This document shows positions 27,505-36,245 of a stretch of DNA of 41,008 nucleotides, one piece after another; position 1 is the stretch's first letter; every line of letters begins with the position of its first letter. The translations under genes were made by a program, and so were the position numbers. This DNA is from Gemmatimonadota bacterium (GTDB lineage: Bacteria > Gemmatimonadota > Gemmatimonadetes > Gemmatimonadales > GWC2-71-9), in the NCBI GenBank assembly GCA_031393795.1, contig JANMWE010000222.1:1-41008 (forward strand). Reading direction: 5' to 3'. The notes under the pieces are model-generated. The model saw only the letters and a list, made by a program, of their open reading frames with translations, had not been told where the DNA came from and did not search any database.

Positions 27505-29489
27505 TAGCGGAGATCCTCCATCAGGCGGTCCGCGAGGTCGGGCCAGTCCCAGACCATCTTCTCGGCGCTCTTCACGCCACCCGACGTGGTGACCACGATC
27601 CCGCTCGAGCGGCGGGTGGCCCCGCTCTTCCGCTCCGCGCCGGACATCGGCCCTTCCAGCACCTCGCGCGCGAGCCCCGCGCTCGGCGCCACGTTCTGGG
27701 CCTCGGACGCGCCGAGGAGCCGCTGCACCAGTCCGAGCACCGCGCGGAGCGACTCCGCCGGCCGGCCGGCCAGATAGGCGGCGAGCTCGGGGTCGCTGGT
27801 GCCGAGGCGTTCGTGCAAGGCGCGCTCGACGACGCCGAGGCGAAGCTCCCGTTCGGGGGCCCCGAGCGAGACGACGAGACCTCCCTCGAGCCGGCTCCGG
27901 AGCCGCTCCTCGAGGCCGGTCAGGTCGCGTACCGGAACGGCGCTCGAGAAGACCAGCTGTCGCGCCTGCCCCAGGAGCTGGTCGAAGAGCCAGAAGAGCT
28001 CCTCCTGGGTGCGGTCCTTCCCCTGCAGGAGGTGGATGTCATCGATGCAGAGGGCCGTGACCCGGCGGTAGCGCGCGCGCCAGACCGCCACGCGGTCCCG
28101 CTCGATCGCCTCGATCAGTTCCTGGGTGAAGTCCTGCGCGCCGAGGCACGCGACCACCGTCCCTTCGTGCCTGGCCAGCTGGTTGGCGATGGCCTGGAGC
28201 AGATGGGTCTTGCCGAGCCCGCTCGCCGCGACGATCACGAAGGGGTTGTACTTGGTGGCGGGCTCCTCGACCACCGAGTGCGCTGCCCGAACCGCGATCC
28301 GGTTGGACGGTCCCTCGACGAACTGTTCCAACCGGAAGATGGGCGACGGCCCCGGCGGCGGGTTGGAACCGGCGCGCGCCCGCTCGCTCAGCGCGATGGC
28401 GCCGGCGAGGTCATCGGGGTCGCGGAAGGCAGCGCTGCCCGCGAGCTGCGGCTCCAACTCGGCCACCTCGGCCTCGAGTGCGCGCAGGCGGGTCACATCG
28501 GCCTCGTACTTCTGGATGGCGGCAAGGGGATCGCCGGGCGATTCCTGCGCGAGCAGGGCGGAGAGACGGGCGGTGCGGAACCCCTCGCCTTCCCAGCGCA
28601 TGATCGCTTCACCCACGCGGGTGCGCCACGCCTCGACCTGCGCATTCACCGTGGTGGTGATGTCGCTCAGGAAGGAGTCGAACTCCCCCGGGGCCGGGAT
28701 GGCAGGTTCGGGGGTGCTGACAGGCGGGCCGTTCGCAGGCGAGACGCCTACGCTCCCGGCGCTCGGTGCGGGGCCGCCGCCGAGGACCTCGCGGGCGGTG
28801 TCGGGATCGATCGGGGTGTCGCTCACCGACTGCCAGGCGATGAGGCGATTGAGCCCGCCGATCAGCTCGCGGACGTTCCCGTCGATGAGCGTGGCCACGA
28901 CCTCGAGCACCCCCGCGGGGATCTGCTGGTTCCGCTCCTCGGCCTGGCGCCTGAGGATGGCGATGCGGGTCTCGAGGTCGGGAGGGCTGATGTCGATGAC
29001 CAGGCCGCCGGCGAACCGCTGGATGAGCCGCTCGTCGAGCGCCTCGATCTCGCTGGGAGGCCGGTCGCTCGACATCACGATCTGGCGGCCCGCGGTGGTC
29101 ATCTGGTCCACCAGGCGCAGGAGCTCCGCCTGCACCTCCCGCCGGTGCGTGAGGAACTGCACGTCATCGAGGAGCAGGAGCCCGGTCTCGGCGTAGCGTC
29201 GACGATAGGCATCCCCCTGGCCCGCGCCGATCGCGGCGTGGAAGGCCTCGACGAAATCGTCGCAGGTGATGTAGTCCACCGTGAGCGAGGGGTCGATCCC
29301 GCGCGCGAAATGCCCCACCGCCATCAGGAGGTGGGTCTTGCCGAGGCCGGGCCCACCGTAAACGAAGAGCGGGTTGTACGCCGACCCCGGCGACTCCGCC
29401 ACCGCCTTCGCCGCGGTGACGGCGAGACGGTTGGTGGTGCCGACGACATAGGCGTCGAACCGGAATCGAGGGTTGAGCTGGTCGGTCAT
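27504..29489 (-). CDS. DnaA-like protein with two tandem AAA+ domains, lacking DnaA domains I and IV
   Basis: Start [12 protein letters not shown] (ATG 29489, overlapping the mglA stop), 661 aa. Domain 1: [46 protein letters not shown]. Domain 2: [46 protein letters not shown]. Confidence 0.88.
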   Translation of the reverse strand: MTDQLNPRFRFDAYVVGTTNRLAVTAAKAVAESPGSAYNPLFVYGGPGLGKTHLLMAVGHFARGIDPSLTVDYITCDDFVEAFHAAIGAGQGDAYRRRYAETGLLLLDDVQFLTHRREVQAELLRLVDQMTTAGRQIVMSSDRPPSEIEALDERLIQRFAGGLVIDISPPDLETRIAILRRQAEERNQQIPAGVLEVVATLIDGNVRELIGGLNRLIAWQSVSDTPIDPDTAREVLGGGPAPSAGSVGVSPANGPPVSTPEPAIPAPGEFDSFLSDITTTVNAQVEAWRTRVGEAIMRWEGEGFRTARLSALLAQESPGDPLAAIQKYEADVTRLRALEAEVAELEPQLAGSAAFRDPDDLAGAIALSERARAGSNPPPGPSPIFRLEQFVEGPSNRIAVRAAHSVVEEPATKYNPFVIVAASGLGKTHLLQAIANQLARHEGTVVACLGAQDFTQELIEAIERDRVAVWRARYRRVTALCIDDIHLLQGKDRTQEELFWLFDQLLGQARQLVFSSAVPVRDLTGLEERLRSRLEGGLVVSLGAPERELRLGVVERALHERLGTSDPELAAYLAGRPAESLRAVLGLVQRLLGASEAQNVAPSAGLAREVLEGPMSGAERKSGATRRSSGIVVTTSGGVKSAEKMVWDWPDLADRLMEDLR

Positions 29490-30091
29490 CCGCTCACGGG
29501 CTGGTTCTGCGCGAGCCGTTTCAGGACCTGTTCGGAGATCCCCTTGAGGGTCTCGAACACGCCGCTCCCGTGCAACGCGTCCCCGCCGAAACTCTTCACG
29601 CCCCGGAAATTGAGCGCGTCGTCGAGCTCGGCCGGGCTCAGGATCAGCTCGGGCGGGAGGTCCTGTTTGTTGTACTGGAACACCGTCGGGAAAGCGCGGA
29701 CATCGATGCCCTGCTCCAATAGGTTCACCTGGAGGTTCTGCAGGCTCTCGAGGTTGTCCTCGAGCCGGCGCGCCTGGCTGTCGGCCACGAAGACCACCCC
29801 ATCGGCGCCCTGCAGCACCAGCTTCCGCGTGGCGTTGTAGTAGACCTGGCCGGGGACGGTATAGAGCTGGAACCGGGTGCTGAACCCCGAGATCGTCCCG
29901 AGCTCCAGCGGCAGGAAGTCGAAGAAGAGGGTCCGATCGGTCTGGGTCGCGAGCGACACCATCCGGCCGCGCCGTGTGTCCGGCACACGCCCGTAGATGT
30001 AGTGCAAGTTGGTCGTCTTCCCGGACCGGCCTGGTCCGTAGTAGACGATCTTGCACGTGATCTCACGGGTCGTGAAGTTGACCAGGGACAT
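29486..30091 (-). CDS. mglA: Small Ras-like GTPase MglA
   Basis: [58 protein letters not shown]; very close to Myxococcus MglA motifs. Confidence 0.96.
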   Translation of the reverse strand: MSLVNFTTREITCKIVYYGPGRSGKTTNLHYIYGRVPDTRRGRMVSLATQTDRTLFFDFLPLELGTISGFSTRFQLYTVPGQVYYNATRKLVLQGADGVVFVADSQARRLEDNLESLQNLQVNLLEQGIDVRAFPTVFQYNKQDLPPELILSPAELDDALNFRGVKSFGGDALHGSGVFETLKGISEQVLKRLAQNQPVSG

Positions 30092-30095
30092 AGGC

Positions 30096-30557
30096 TCAGC
30101 TCCCGAAAAGCGTACGGAGACTCGCGTTGAGCTCTCGTTCGAAGTCCACCGCCAACACCGGCTGGGGGGCGGGGGCCTCGGGCGCGGCGGCCGCGAGGTC
30201 CTTCACGAGCTGCTCGAAGAACAACTGCACCAGCCCGAGCGAGGTGTCCGGACCGAAGACCACCAACCCTACCCAGCGACCCCGCGGGGTCTCGAAGCTC
30301 GCCAGCAGATGGGCCTGCTGCGCGCCCTGATGCACCACGGTGGTGAATTGCTCCCACTTGAGCGTCCGGGCCAGCTCACCGGTCGAGGCCACGATGCCGG
30401 CACCGAGGGCGGCGACCCCCATCACGTCCACCGCACGCAGGAACCCGTGCTGGGCCACCACCTGCCCCGCCGTGGTCATCAACAGGCAGAGCCGGGCCTG
30501 GCTCTCGGCCAGGAAGGTCTCCATCGGCGCCGCCACCCAGGGTTCGACGGCGCGCAT
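30096..30557 (-). CDS. mglB: MglB (Roadblock/LC7 GAP of MglA)
   Basis: [53 protein letters not shown]-terminal helix; directly upstream of mglA. Confidence 0.85.
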   Translation of the reverse strand: MRAVEPWVAAPMETFLAESQARLCLLMTTAGQVVAQHGFLRAVDVMGVAALGAGIVASTGELARTLKWEQFTTVVHQGAQQAHLLASFETPRGRWVGLVVFGPDTSLGLVQLFFEQLVKDLAAAAPEAPAPQPVLAVDFERELNASLRTLFGS

Positions 30558-30910
30558 CAGCCAAGGATCTCCAACGCACGGAGCATCTCGATCCGGGCGA
30601 GCCCGGCGTTGACGGTGCGCTCGGCCACGGCCACGAGGATGAGCTCCTCGCCGTGCGGTGCCGCCAGCAGTGTCCCGCCGGAGGCTGTGAGATGGACGAA
30701 CCGCGGCACCCCCCGCCCGGCCCCTTCGACCGCGCGCCGGAGCCGGGACACCAGGCTCGCGGCCAATGCCGCCACGGCGCTCCCCTTCATTTCATCCATC
30801 AAGGCCTCGGCCACGACCACCCCATCGGCGGCCGAGACGATCATCGCACCCCGGACCCCGGGTACGTGGGTCACGAGCTCGAGGGCGCTCTCGAAGGGAC
30901 TCGTGCTCAC
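30557..30910 (-). CDS. Roadblock/LC7 domain protein (MglC-like)
   Basis: 117 aa, VPGVRGAMIVSAADGVVVAE, AALAASL, NAGLARIEM. Confidence 0.85.
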   Translation of the reverse strand: MSTSPFESALELVTHVPGVRGAMIVSAADGVVVAEALMDEMKGSAVAALAASLVSRLRRAVEGAGRGVPRFVHLTASGGTLLAAPHGEELILVAVAERTVNAGLARIEMLRALEILG

Positions 30911-31752
30911 CTGAGCGTCTCCAGCCAGGCGCGGGCGGCGCGGGCGGCCCGTTCGGCCCCGAACTGGAGCCGCCCCATCGGGACGCTCGAGTCACGGACC
31001 ACCAGGAGGAGTGCCTCCGAGGTGGCAGGCAGGAGCGCGGCGTTGCCACCGGGGGACTCGAGGACCACGCTCTCCCAGGCGCCGAGCCCTAGAAGCTTCG
31101 CCGTTCGGGCCGCTTCGCGCGAGACGCCGGCCAGGTGGGCGGCGACCACGTCGGCCACGTCGGTCCCCTCGAGCGACCGGAGACCCCCGCCGAGCCGGAG
31201 TCCCTGGGTGTCCACGAGCAGGAGTCCATTCTCGGCCCCTTCGAGCCCCGCGAAGATCGCGGCCCGCGCGGCGGCCTCGTCATCTCCCGCGGTCGGCGCG
31301 GGCGAGACGCCGGCCGGCGCCGAGAGGCGCGTGACCGGCGGAGCCTGATCGCCGAGCGCGGCGCGGACGCGGGCGGCGGCCTGCCGGAGGCGCGGGTCAT
31401 CCGGCGCCTCGGCGAGCGCCGCCTCGAGGTGCTGGAGCGCCTCGGCGGTCCGCCCCGCCTTGAAATAAAGGAAGCCGAGCCCTTTGTGCGCCCCCGCGTG
31501 CTGGGGATCGAGCCGGAGGGCCATGTCCCATTCATCGAAGGCCCGCTCGAAATCGGCGCGATCGGTGAGGATCTTGGCGTACAGGTCGTGCGCGTCAGGG
31601 AGGTGCGGATAGCGACCGAGCCCCTGCAGCGCGACCTTCTGCGCGGCCTCGAGCTGCCCGCGGCGGCGGAGCGTCTCCCCCAGCGGCAGGAAGACGAGGC
31701 TCGCCGGGTCGGCGGCCAGCTGGGCGGTGAGGACGCGGACGTCGTCGCTCAT
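30907..31752 (-). CDS. TPR-Roadblock/LC7 fusion protein
   Basis: Three N-terminal TPRs (ALRLDPQHAGAHKGLGFLYF), Pro/Ala linker, then GLLLVDTQGLRL...AAHLAGV...PMGRLQF Roadblock. Confidence 0.83.
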   Translation of the reverse strand: MSDDVRVLTAQLAADPASLVFLPLGETLRRRGQLEAAQKVALQGLGRYPHLPDAHDLYAKILTDRADFERAFDEWDMALRLDPQHAGAHKGLGFLYFKAGRTAEALQHLEAALAEAPDDPRLRQAAARVRAALGDQAPPVTRLSAPAGVSPAPTAGDDEAAARAAIFAGLEGAENGLLLVDTQGLRLGGGLRSLEGTDVADVVAAHLAGVSREAARTAKLLGLGAWESVVLESPGGNAALLPATSEALLLVVRDSSVPMGRLQFGAERAARAARAWLETLR

Positions 31753-32885
31753 CGCAGCGCCTTCATCGCTTCTTCCAGGGCCAGGAGCGCGGTGCGCGCC
31801 TGCTCGACCGCTTCCTCACGCGACTGCTCCTCGGGCGAGAGGTCGGAGATCCGGCTCCACTTCATCAATTGATCGGCCGCCTCGCGGAACCGACCGGCCG
31901 CCGCCAGGGCAAGCCCCAGGAAGCGCTGGCCCTCGGCGGACTGCGGATCGTACTGCAGCACCCGGCGGAATGCATCGGCCGCCTCGAGGGCGCGGCCCAG
32001 GCCGAGGAGCGAGCGGCCGAGCACGAGGTGCGCCATCGGCTCGAGCGGGTGGATGGCCATCACTTCCTGGGCCGCGAGCAGCGCGCCCTGCGCGTCCCCT
32101 TCGGCCAGGCGGTCCTCGGTGCGGGCGATGAGGATCGCGAGTTCGCGCCCCCCGGTCGCGACCGTCGGACGGGGGGGCTGCTCGAGCCCGACGATACCGG
32201 CGGCGGCGAGGCCGAAGAGGGTCTTGGCCACCTCGAATTCGGCCCGGCCGATGGCCTGGGCCACCTCGCGCACATCCCGATCCCCATCGATGACGGCGAG
32301 GATCGACCACTCGTCGGGATGGAGGTCGAGGGAACCACCATCGGTCATCGCCAGCCGCGGCACGATGCCCAGGTGCGGGATGCGGGTCTGGATCTGGGAC
32401 CATTCGTCGATGCGACGCGCCCCCTCCATCAGCACCGCTTCGACCGGGATCCGCACCTCGACCTCGGAGAACTTCTCGGGCGGGGCCCCTTCCTCGAAGG
32501 AGAAGTACCCTTCCGACCAGCTCATCAGCTCGAAGACCACGGCCTCGACCTGGGCCCGGACCTGGCGCTGGAGTTCCCGCTGGGTGACCGCGCCGATGGC
32601 GACGAGGATCTCGCCGAGCCGGCGTTTGTCGCCCCCTTTCTGCATATCGCGCGCGCGGTGGAGGTCCTCTTCGCGGACCTTCCCGGCCTGGAGCAGGACG
32701 CTCCCGAGCGGGTGCGGATTGGAGCGGATCTCGGCGAAGACCACTCCGCCCTGGTCGAACACCACCGTGCCGGCGTTCTGGCGCAGCTGCGAGGAAACGC
32801 GCAGGACCCCGGTCTTCCGGCTCAGGTCGAGGAGCTGGAAGACATCGTGGATGCCGAGTTCCTTGAGCGGTCCCTCGATCGCCAT
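31749..32885 (-). CDS. DUF4388 (PATAN-like)-MshEN-TPR protein
   Basis: GPLKELGIHDVFQLL..RKTGVL, SWSEGYFSF, VLMEGARRIDEW; PLGSVLL...Q / RLGEILV...Q motifs; three C-terminal TPRs; paralog of 25882..27504. Confidence 0.88.
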   Translation of the reverse strand: MAIEGPLKELGIHDVFQLLDLSRKTGVLRVSSQLRQNAGTVVFDQGGVVFAEIRSNPHPLGSVLLQAGKVREEDLHRARDMQKGGDKRRLGEILVAIGAVTQRELQRQVRAQVEAVVFELMSWSEGYFSFEEGAPPEKFSEVEVRIPVEAVLMEGARRIDEWSQIQTRIPHLGIVPRLAMTDGGSLDLHPDEWSILAVIDGDRDVREVAQAIGRAEFEVAKTLFGLAAAGIVGLEQPPRPTVATGGRELAILIARTEDRLAEGDAQGALLAAQEVMAIHPLEPMAHLVLGRSLLGLGRALEAADAFRRVLQYDPQSAEGQRFLGLALAAAGRFREAADQLMKWSRISDLSPEEQSREEAVEQARTALLALEEAMKALR

Positions 32886-32887
32886 CG

Positions 32888-35611
32888 CTAGCCCTCCCGC
32901 CCGGCGAAGATGTGGGCGAGATCCTTGGCCGAACGCGCGTTCTTCCGCGCGGCGGTGGCATAGTCAGTGGTGGGCGCGAGCTGCACGACCCGATCCCAGG
33001 CTTCCACGGCCTCGGCGTAGCGACGGTCGCCGTTCCGCGCGGCGCCGAGGTGGTACCACGCCTCCACCCGGTCGGGCTCGAACCGAAGCACCCGCGAAAA
33101 GGCCTCGGCGGCCTTGTCGGCACGCGCCTGGTCGAGCAGCGCGCGGCCAAGGAGCACCAGCGCGTCGAAGTCGTACGGATCCTGCTCGAGCAGCGGGATC
33201 AGCAGCTCGAGCGCCGTGGCGGACTGCCCGGTGCGTCGGTAGAGGTCGCCGAGCGCGAGCGTGGCCTGCGAGAAGGTCGGCAGGATGTCGAGTGCGCGCT
33301 CGTACGATCCACGGGCCTCCGCGTGGCGTCCCTCCTGCTCCTGCAGGTGGCCCAGCTCGTACCAGACCTGCGGGATCGCGGCGTCGAGTTCGAGCGCGGC
33401 CTGGTACGCCGCCATCGCGCCGCCGGTGTCGCCGAGCCGACTGCAGACGGCGGCCTGGAGCTGGAAGAGGTCGGGGCGGCCGGGCGCGCGCGCCTGCGCG
33501 GTGCGCACGTACTCGAGGGCGCCGAGCGCGTTGCCACCCGCCATCCGCGCCCGCGCCCCCGCGACCAGGGCGTCCACGTCGGTGGGGCGCATGGCGATCA
33601 GTTCTTCGGCCAGCGGGGCCGCCTCGGCGCCGCGATCGAGGGCCAGGAGCGCGCGCAGCTCGCCGAGCCGGGCCTCCGGATCGTCGGTGCGCACCAGCCG
33701 CGCCTCGCGGAAGCGCTCGAGCGCCTCGCCGTGGAACCCGCGCCGGGTGAAGACCTCGCCCTGGAGCACGGCCGCACGCACCGGATCGGCACCGCGCTGG
33801 ATGGCGCGATCGACCTCGCCGGCCGCGCGGTCGATGAACCCCTTGCTCAGCTGGTCGCGCGCCATCGCGAGGAGGTCGTCGCCCGGGAGCGCCGCCGAGA
33901 GCGCGCTCCCGGACCCCGACGTGCGCGCGGCCTCGGTCCCGGGCGCGGTGGGCTCAAGCTCGGTGAAGAGCTGGTCGAGCAGCCGCTGGTCGAAGTTGAA
34001 CTCCTCTCCGACCTCCTCGGCGTGGACGTCGGCCGAGATCTCCGGGGTGATCGAGAGGTTCGGGTCCTCGTACTGCAGGTCGATCGCCAGCGCGTACTTC
34101 TGGGGCACGTAGTACGGCTCGAGCTCGAGGGCGCGCTTGGTCTCGCGCAGGGCGCCGTCGAAGTCGCCGAGGTGGCTGAGAGTGAAGCTCAGGTTGTAGT
34201 GCGCCGACGCGAGCTTGTCGTCGGCCTCGACCGCGCGGGCGAAGGCGTTCTTGGCGTCGGGATATCGCTTGAGCTCCACCAGCACGAGCCCGATGCCGTT
34301 CCACGCCACCGCGTTCTGCGGATGGTCGGCCAGGACCTGGCGATACGCCTCGAGCGCCATCTGGAAGCGGCGCTGCTGGAAGAGGAGGAGCGCCAGGTTG
34401 AGCCGCGCGGCGGCCAGGTCCCGCTTGCCCCGGAGCGCCGTCTGGAACGCTTCCTGCGCCCCCTCGATGTCGTTGAGCTGGCTCCGGAGGACGCCGAGGT
34501 TGTTCCAGGCGAGGCCGTAGTGGGGATCGTTGGCGGTGGCGCGCGCGTAGCCTGCCGCGGCCTCGTCGCGTCGATTGGCCTGGTGGAGGCAGACCGCGCG
34601 CTCGTTCCAGAGCTTGGGGCTGTCGGGGAATTCCTGGACCAGGCCGTCGTAGAGCTCGAGGGCGGCGGCGATGTCGCGGCGGATGAGGTGCACCTCGGCC
34701 ATCGCCTGGAGGGTCAGGCGTCGGTCTTCGCCGCTGTCGAGCGCCAGGCGGTACTCGCGGAGCGCCTCGACGTAGTAGCCCTTCTGGCGGAAGGCGAGGC
34801 CGAGGTTGAAGTGCGCGAGCATCTCCCCTTCGGCCACCTGGGGGCGCATCGCCTCGAGGGTGGACCGGCGGCGGATGGCCTGGGAGCGGCGATCTTCGAC
34901 GGAGAGATTGGCCTGCGCGCGCCCGAGGGTCGGGTTGAGCGCGAGGGCGCGCTTGGTGGCGGCGCGCGCCTGCTCGTGCTGGCCCATGTCGCCGTGGACG
35001 AAGGCCAGCAGGTAGTGGGCGTCGGCGTTGTCGGGGTTGAGACGCACGGCGCGGGCGAGGCCCTCGAGGGCGGCGTCGTTGAGGCCGCGATTGTAGAGCG
35101 ATTCGCCGTAGTAGAACTGCGCGATGGAGCTCTCGGGATCCCGCTCCGCGGCGCGGCGGAACCATTCGCTCGCCTGGTCCATTCCCCCGCGGGCCTTCTC
35201 GGCCATGCCGAGCTGGATGAGCGCCGGGACATCGCCGGGGTGGCGGGAGAGGAGGGTCTCGAACTCGGCGATCGCATCGGTGTGGTTCCCGAGCGCGGCG
35301 AAGACGCGGCCCAGTTCCCAGCGGGCCGTGCGGTCATCGGGCTGGCGGCGGAGCGCTTCGCGGAGTTCGGCGACGCGGGTGTCGTAGTACCCGGTGTTCT
35401 GGTAGGCGATGGCCAGGTTGGCCTGGGCCACCTCCATCTTGGGGTCGAGTTCGAGGGCGCGCGTAAAGCCGGCGATCGCCTCCGGGACGAGCCCTTTCTG
35501 GTAATACAGAACGCCGAGGTTGTTGTGCGCCCCGGCGTCCGAAGGGTCGATCCGACGCGCGAACGAGCGGAGGACCGCAAGGTCGCGTTCCGACGGCGCG
35601 GGCCCGGTCAT
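32888..35611 (-). CDS. Large cytoplasmic TPR protein (907 aa, roughly 20 repeats)
   Basis: Repeated AHNNLGVLYYQKG / ALELDP / AWNNLG / AWYHLG units along the whole length; acidic central linker; no signal peptide. Confidence 0.9.
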   Translation of the reverse strand: MTGPAPSERDLAVLRSFARRIDPSDAGAHNNLGVLYYQKGLVPEAIAGFTRALELDPKMEVAQANLAIAYQNTGYYDTRVAELREALRRQPDDRTARWELGRVFAALGNHTDAIAEFETLLSRHPGDVPALIQLGMAEKARGGMDQASEWFRRAAERDPESSIAQFYYGESLYNRGLNDAALEGLARAVRLNPDNADAHYLLAFVHGDMGQHEQARAATKRALALNPTLGRAQANLSVEDRRSQAIRRRSTLEAMRPQVAEGEMLAHFNLGLAFRQKGYYVEALREYRLALDSGEDRRLTLQAMAEVHLIRRDIAAALELYDGLVQEFPDSPKLWNERAVCLHQANRRDEAAAGYARATANDPHYGLAWNNLGVLRSQLNDIEGAQEAFQTALRGKRDLAAARLNLALLLFQQRRFQMALEAYRQVLADHPQNAVAWNGIGLVLVELKRYPDAKNAFARAVEADDKLASAHYNLSFTLSHLGDFDGALRETKRALELEPYYVPQKYALAIDLQYEDPNLSITPEISADVHAEEVGEEFNFDQRLLDQLFTELEPTAPGTEAARTSGSGSALSAALPGDDLLAMARDQLSKGFIDRAAGEVDRAIQRGADPVRAAVLQGEVFTRRGFHGEALERFREARLVRTDDPEARLGELRALLALDRGAEAAPLAEELIAMRPTDVDALVAGARARMAGGNALGALEYVRTAQARAPGRPDLFQLQAAVCSRLGDTGGAMAAYQAALELDAAIPQVWYELGHLQEQEGRHAEARGSYERALDILPTFSQATLALGDLYRRTGQSATALELLIPLLEQDPYDFDALVLLGRALLDQARADKAAEAFSRVLRFEPDRVEAWYHLGAARNGDRRYAEAVEAWDRVVQLAPTTDYATAARKNARSAKDLAHIFAGREG

Positions 35612-35615
35612 CGGT

Positions 35616-36236
35616 TCAAGTCAGGCGGATGGCGTCGAAGATCGCCCGCAGCGACGCAAGATCGGGGAGGAGCAGGAAATGGCCCCGGATCTGGACGGGC
35701 GAGTCGAGGAAGTTGAACTCCGTCTCGACGCAGAAGACGTAGTCGCGGTCGTGCCCGAAATTGAGATACGCGGTGGTGAGCACCGCGCCCGCCTGGTCCA
35801 CCACGAGGCTCGGCACGGAGGGGAGGAGCATCATCCCCATGAAGTCGCTGAGCGCGTTCATGTAGGCGCTCGAGAGGATGTTGCCCGTCTCCTTGAGCCC
35901 CGATTCCTCCATTGGCCCGAATTCCTGGGTCTCGCCGGGCTTGCGCTTGAAGAGTATGTCGGAGAGGGTCTTGGCCGAGCTGAGCGGGAAGATCACGAGG
36001 GTGCGCCCCGTGAGATCGCCCAGCATATGCATCATCACGGCGGCGATCGGGTCGTCGGGCTGGCCCAGCAGCTCGGGGACCTCCTCGAGCCGCAGGATGT
36101 TGACCCGCGGCACCGAGATCATGATCCGGCTGTTGACCATCTGCCCGAGCGCGGTGGCCGCGTGGCCGGCGCCGATGTTGGCCACCTCACGCAAGGCGTC
36201 GAGCTGGAGGGCCTGCAGGTCGCGCACGTCGTCCAT
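35616..36236 (-). CDS. cheC: CheY-P phosphatase CheC
   Basis: Two E-x2-N active sites (DALREVANIGAG, SGLKETGNILSSAY), PSVP, GHFLLLPD. Confidence 0.95.
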   Translation of the reverse strand: MDDVRDLQALQLDALREVANIGAGHAATALGQMVNSRIMISVPRVNILRLEEVPELLGQPDDPIAAVMMHMLGDLTGRTLVIFPLSSAKTLSDILFKRKPGETQEFGPMEESGLKETGNILSSAYMNALSDFMGMMLLPSVPSLVVDQAGAVLTTAYLNFGHDRDYVFCVETEFNFLDSPVQIRGHFLLLPDLASLRAIFDAIRLT

Positions 36237-36245
36237 GGTGCTCCT

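Noticed and set aside
27504-30056. 850-aa ORF called as chromosomal initiator dnaA / nearby oriC
   Set aside because: The N-terminal 189 aa overlap mglA out of frame; no domain IV, no dnaN/recF/gyrB context and no DnaA-box cluster noticed.
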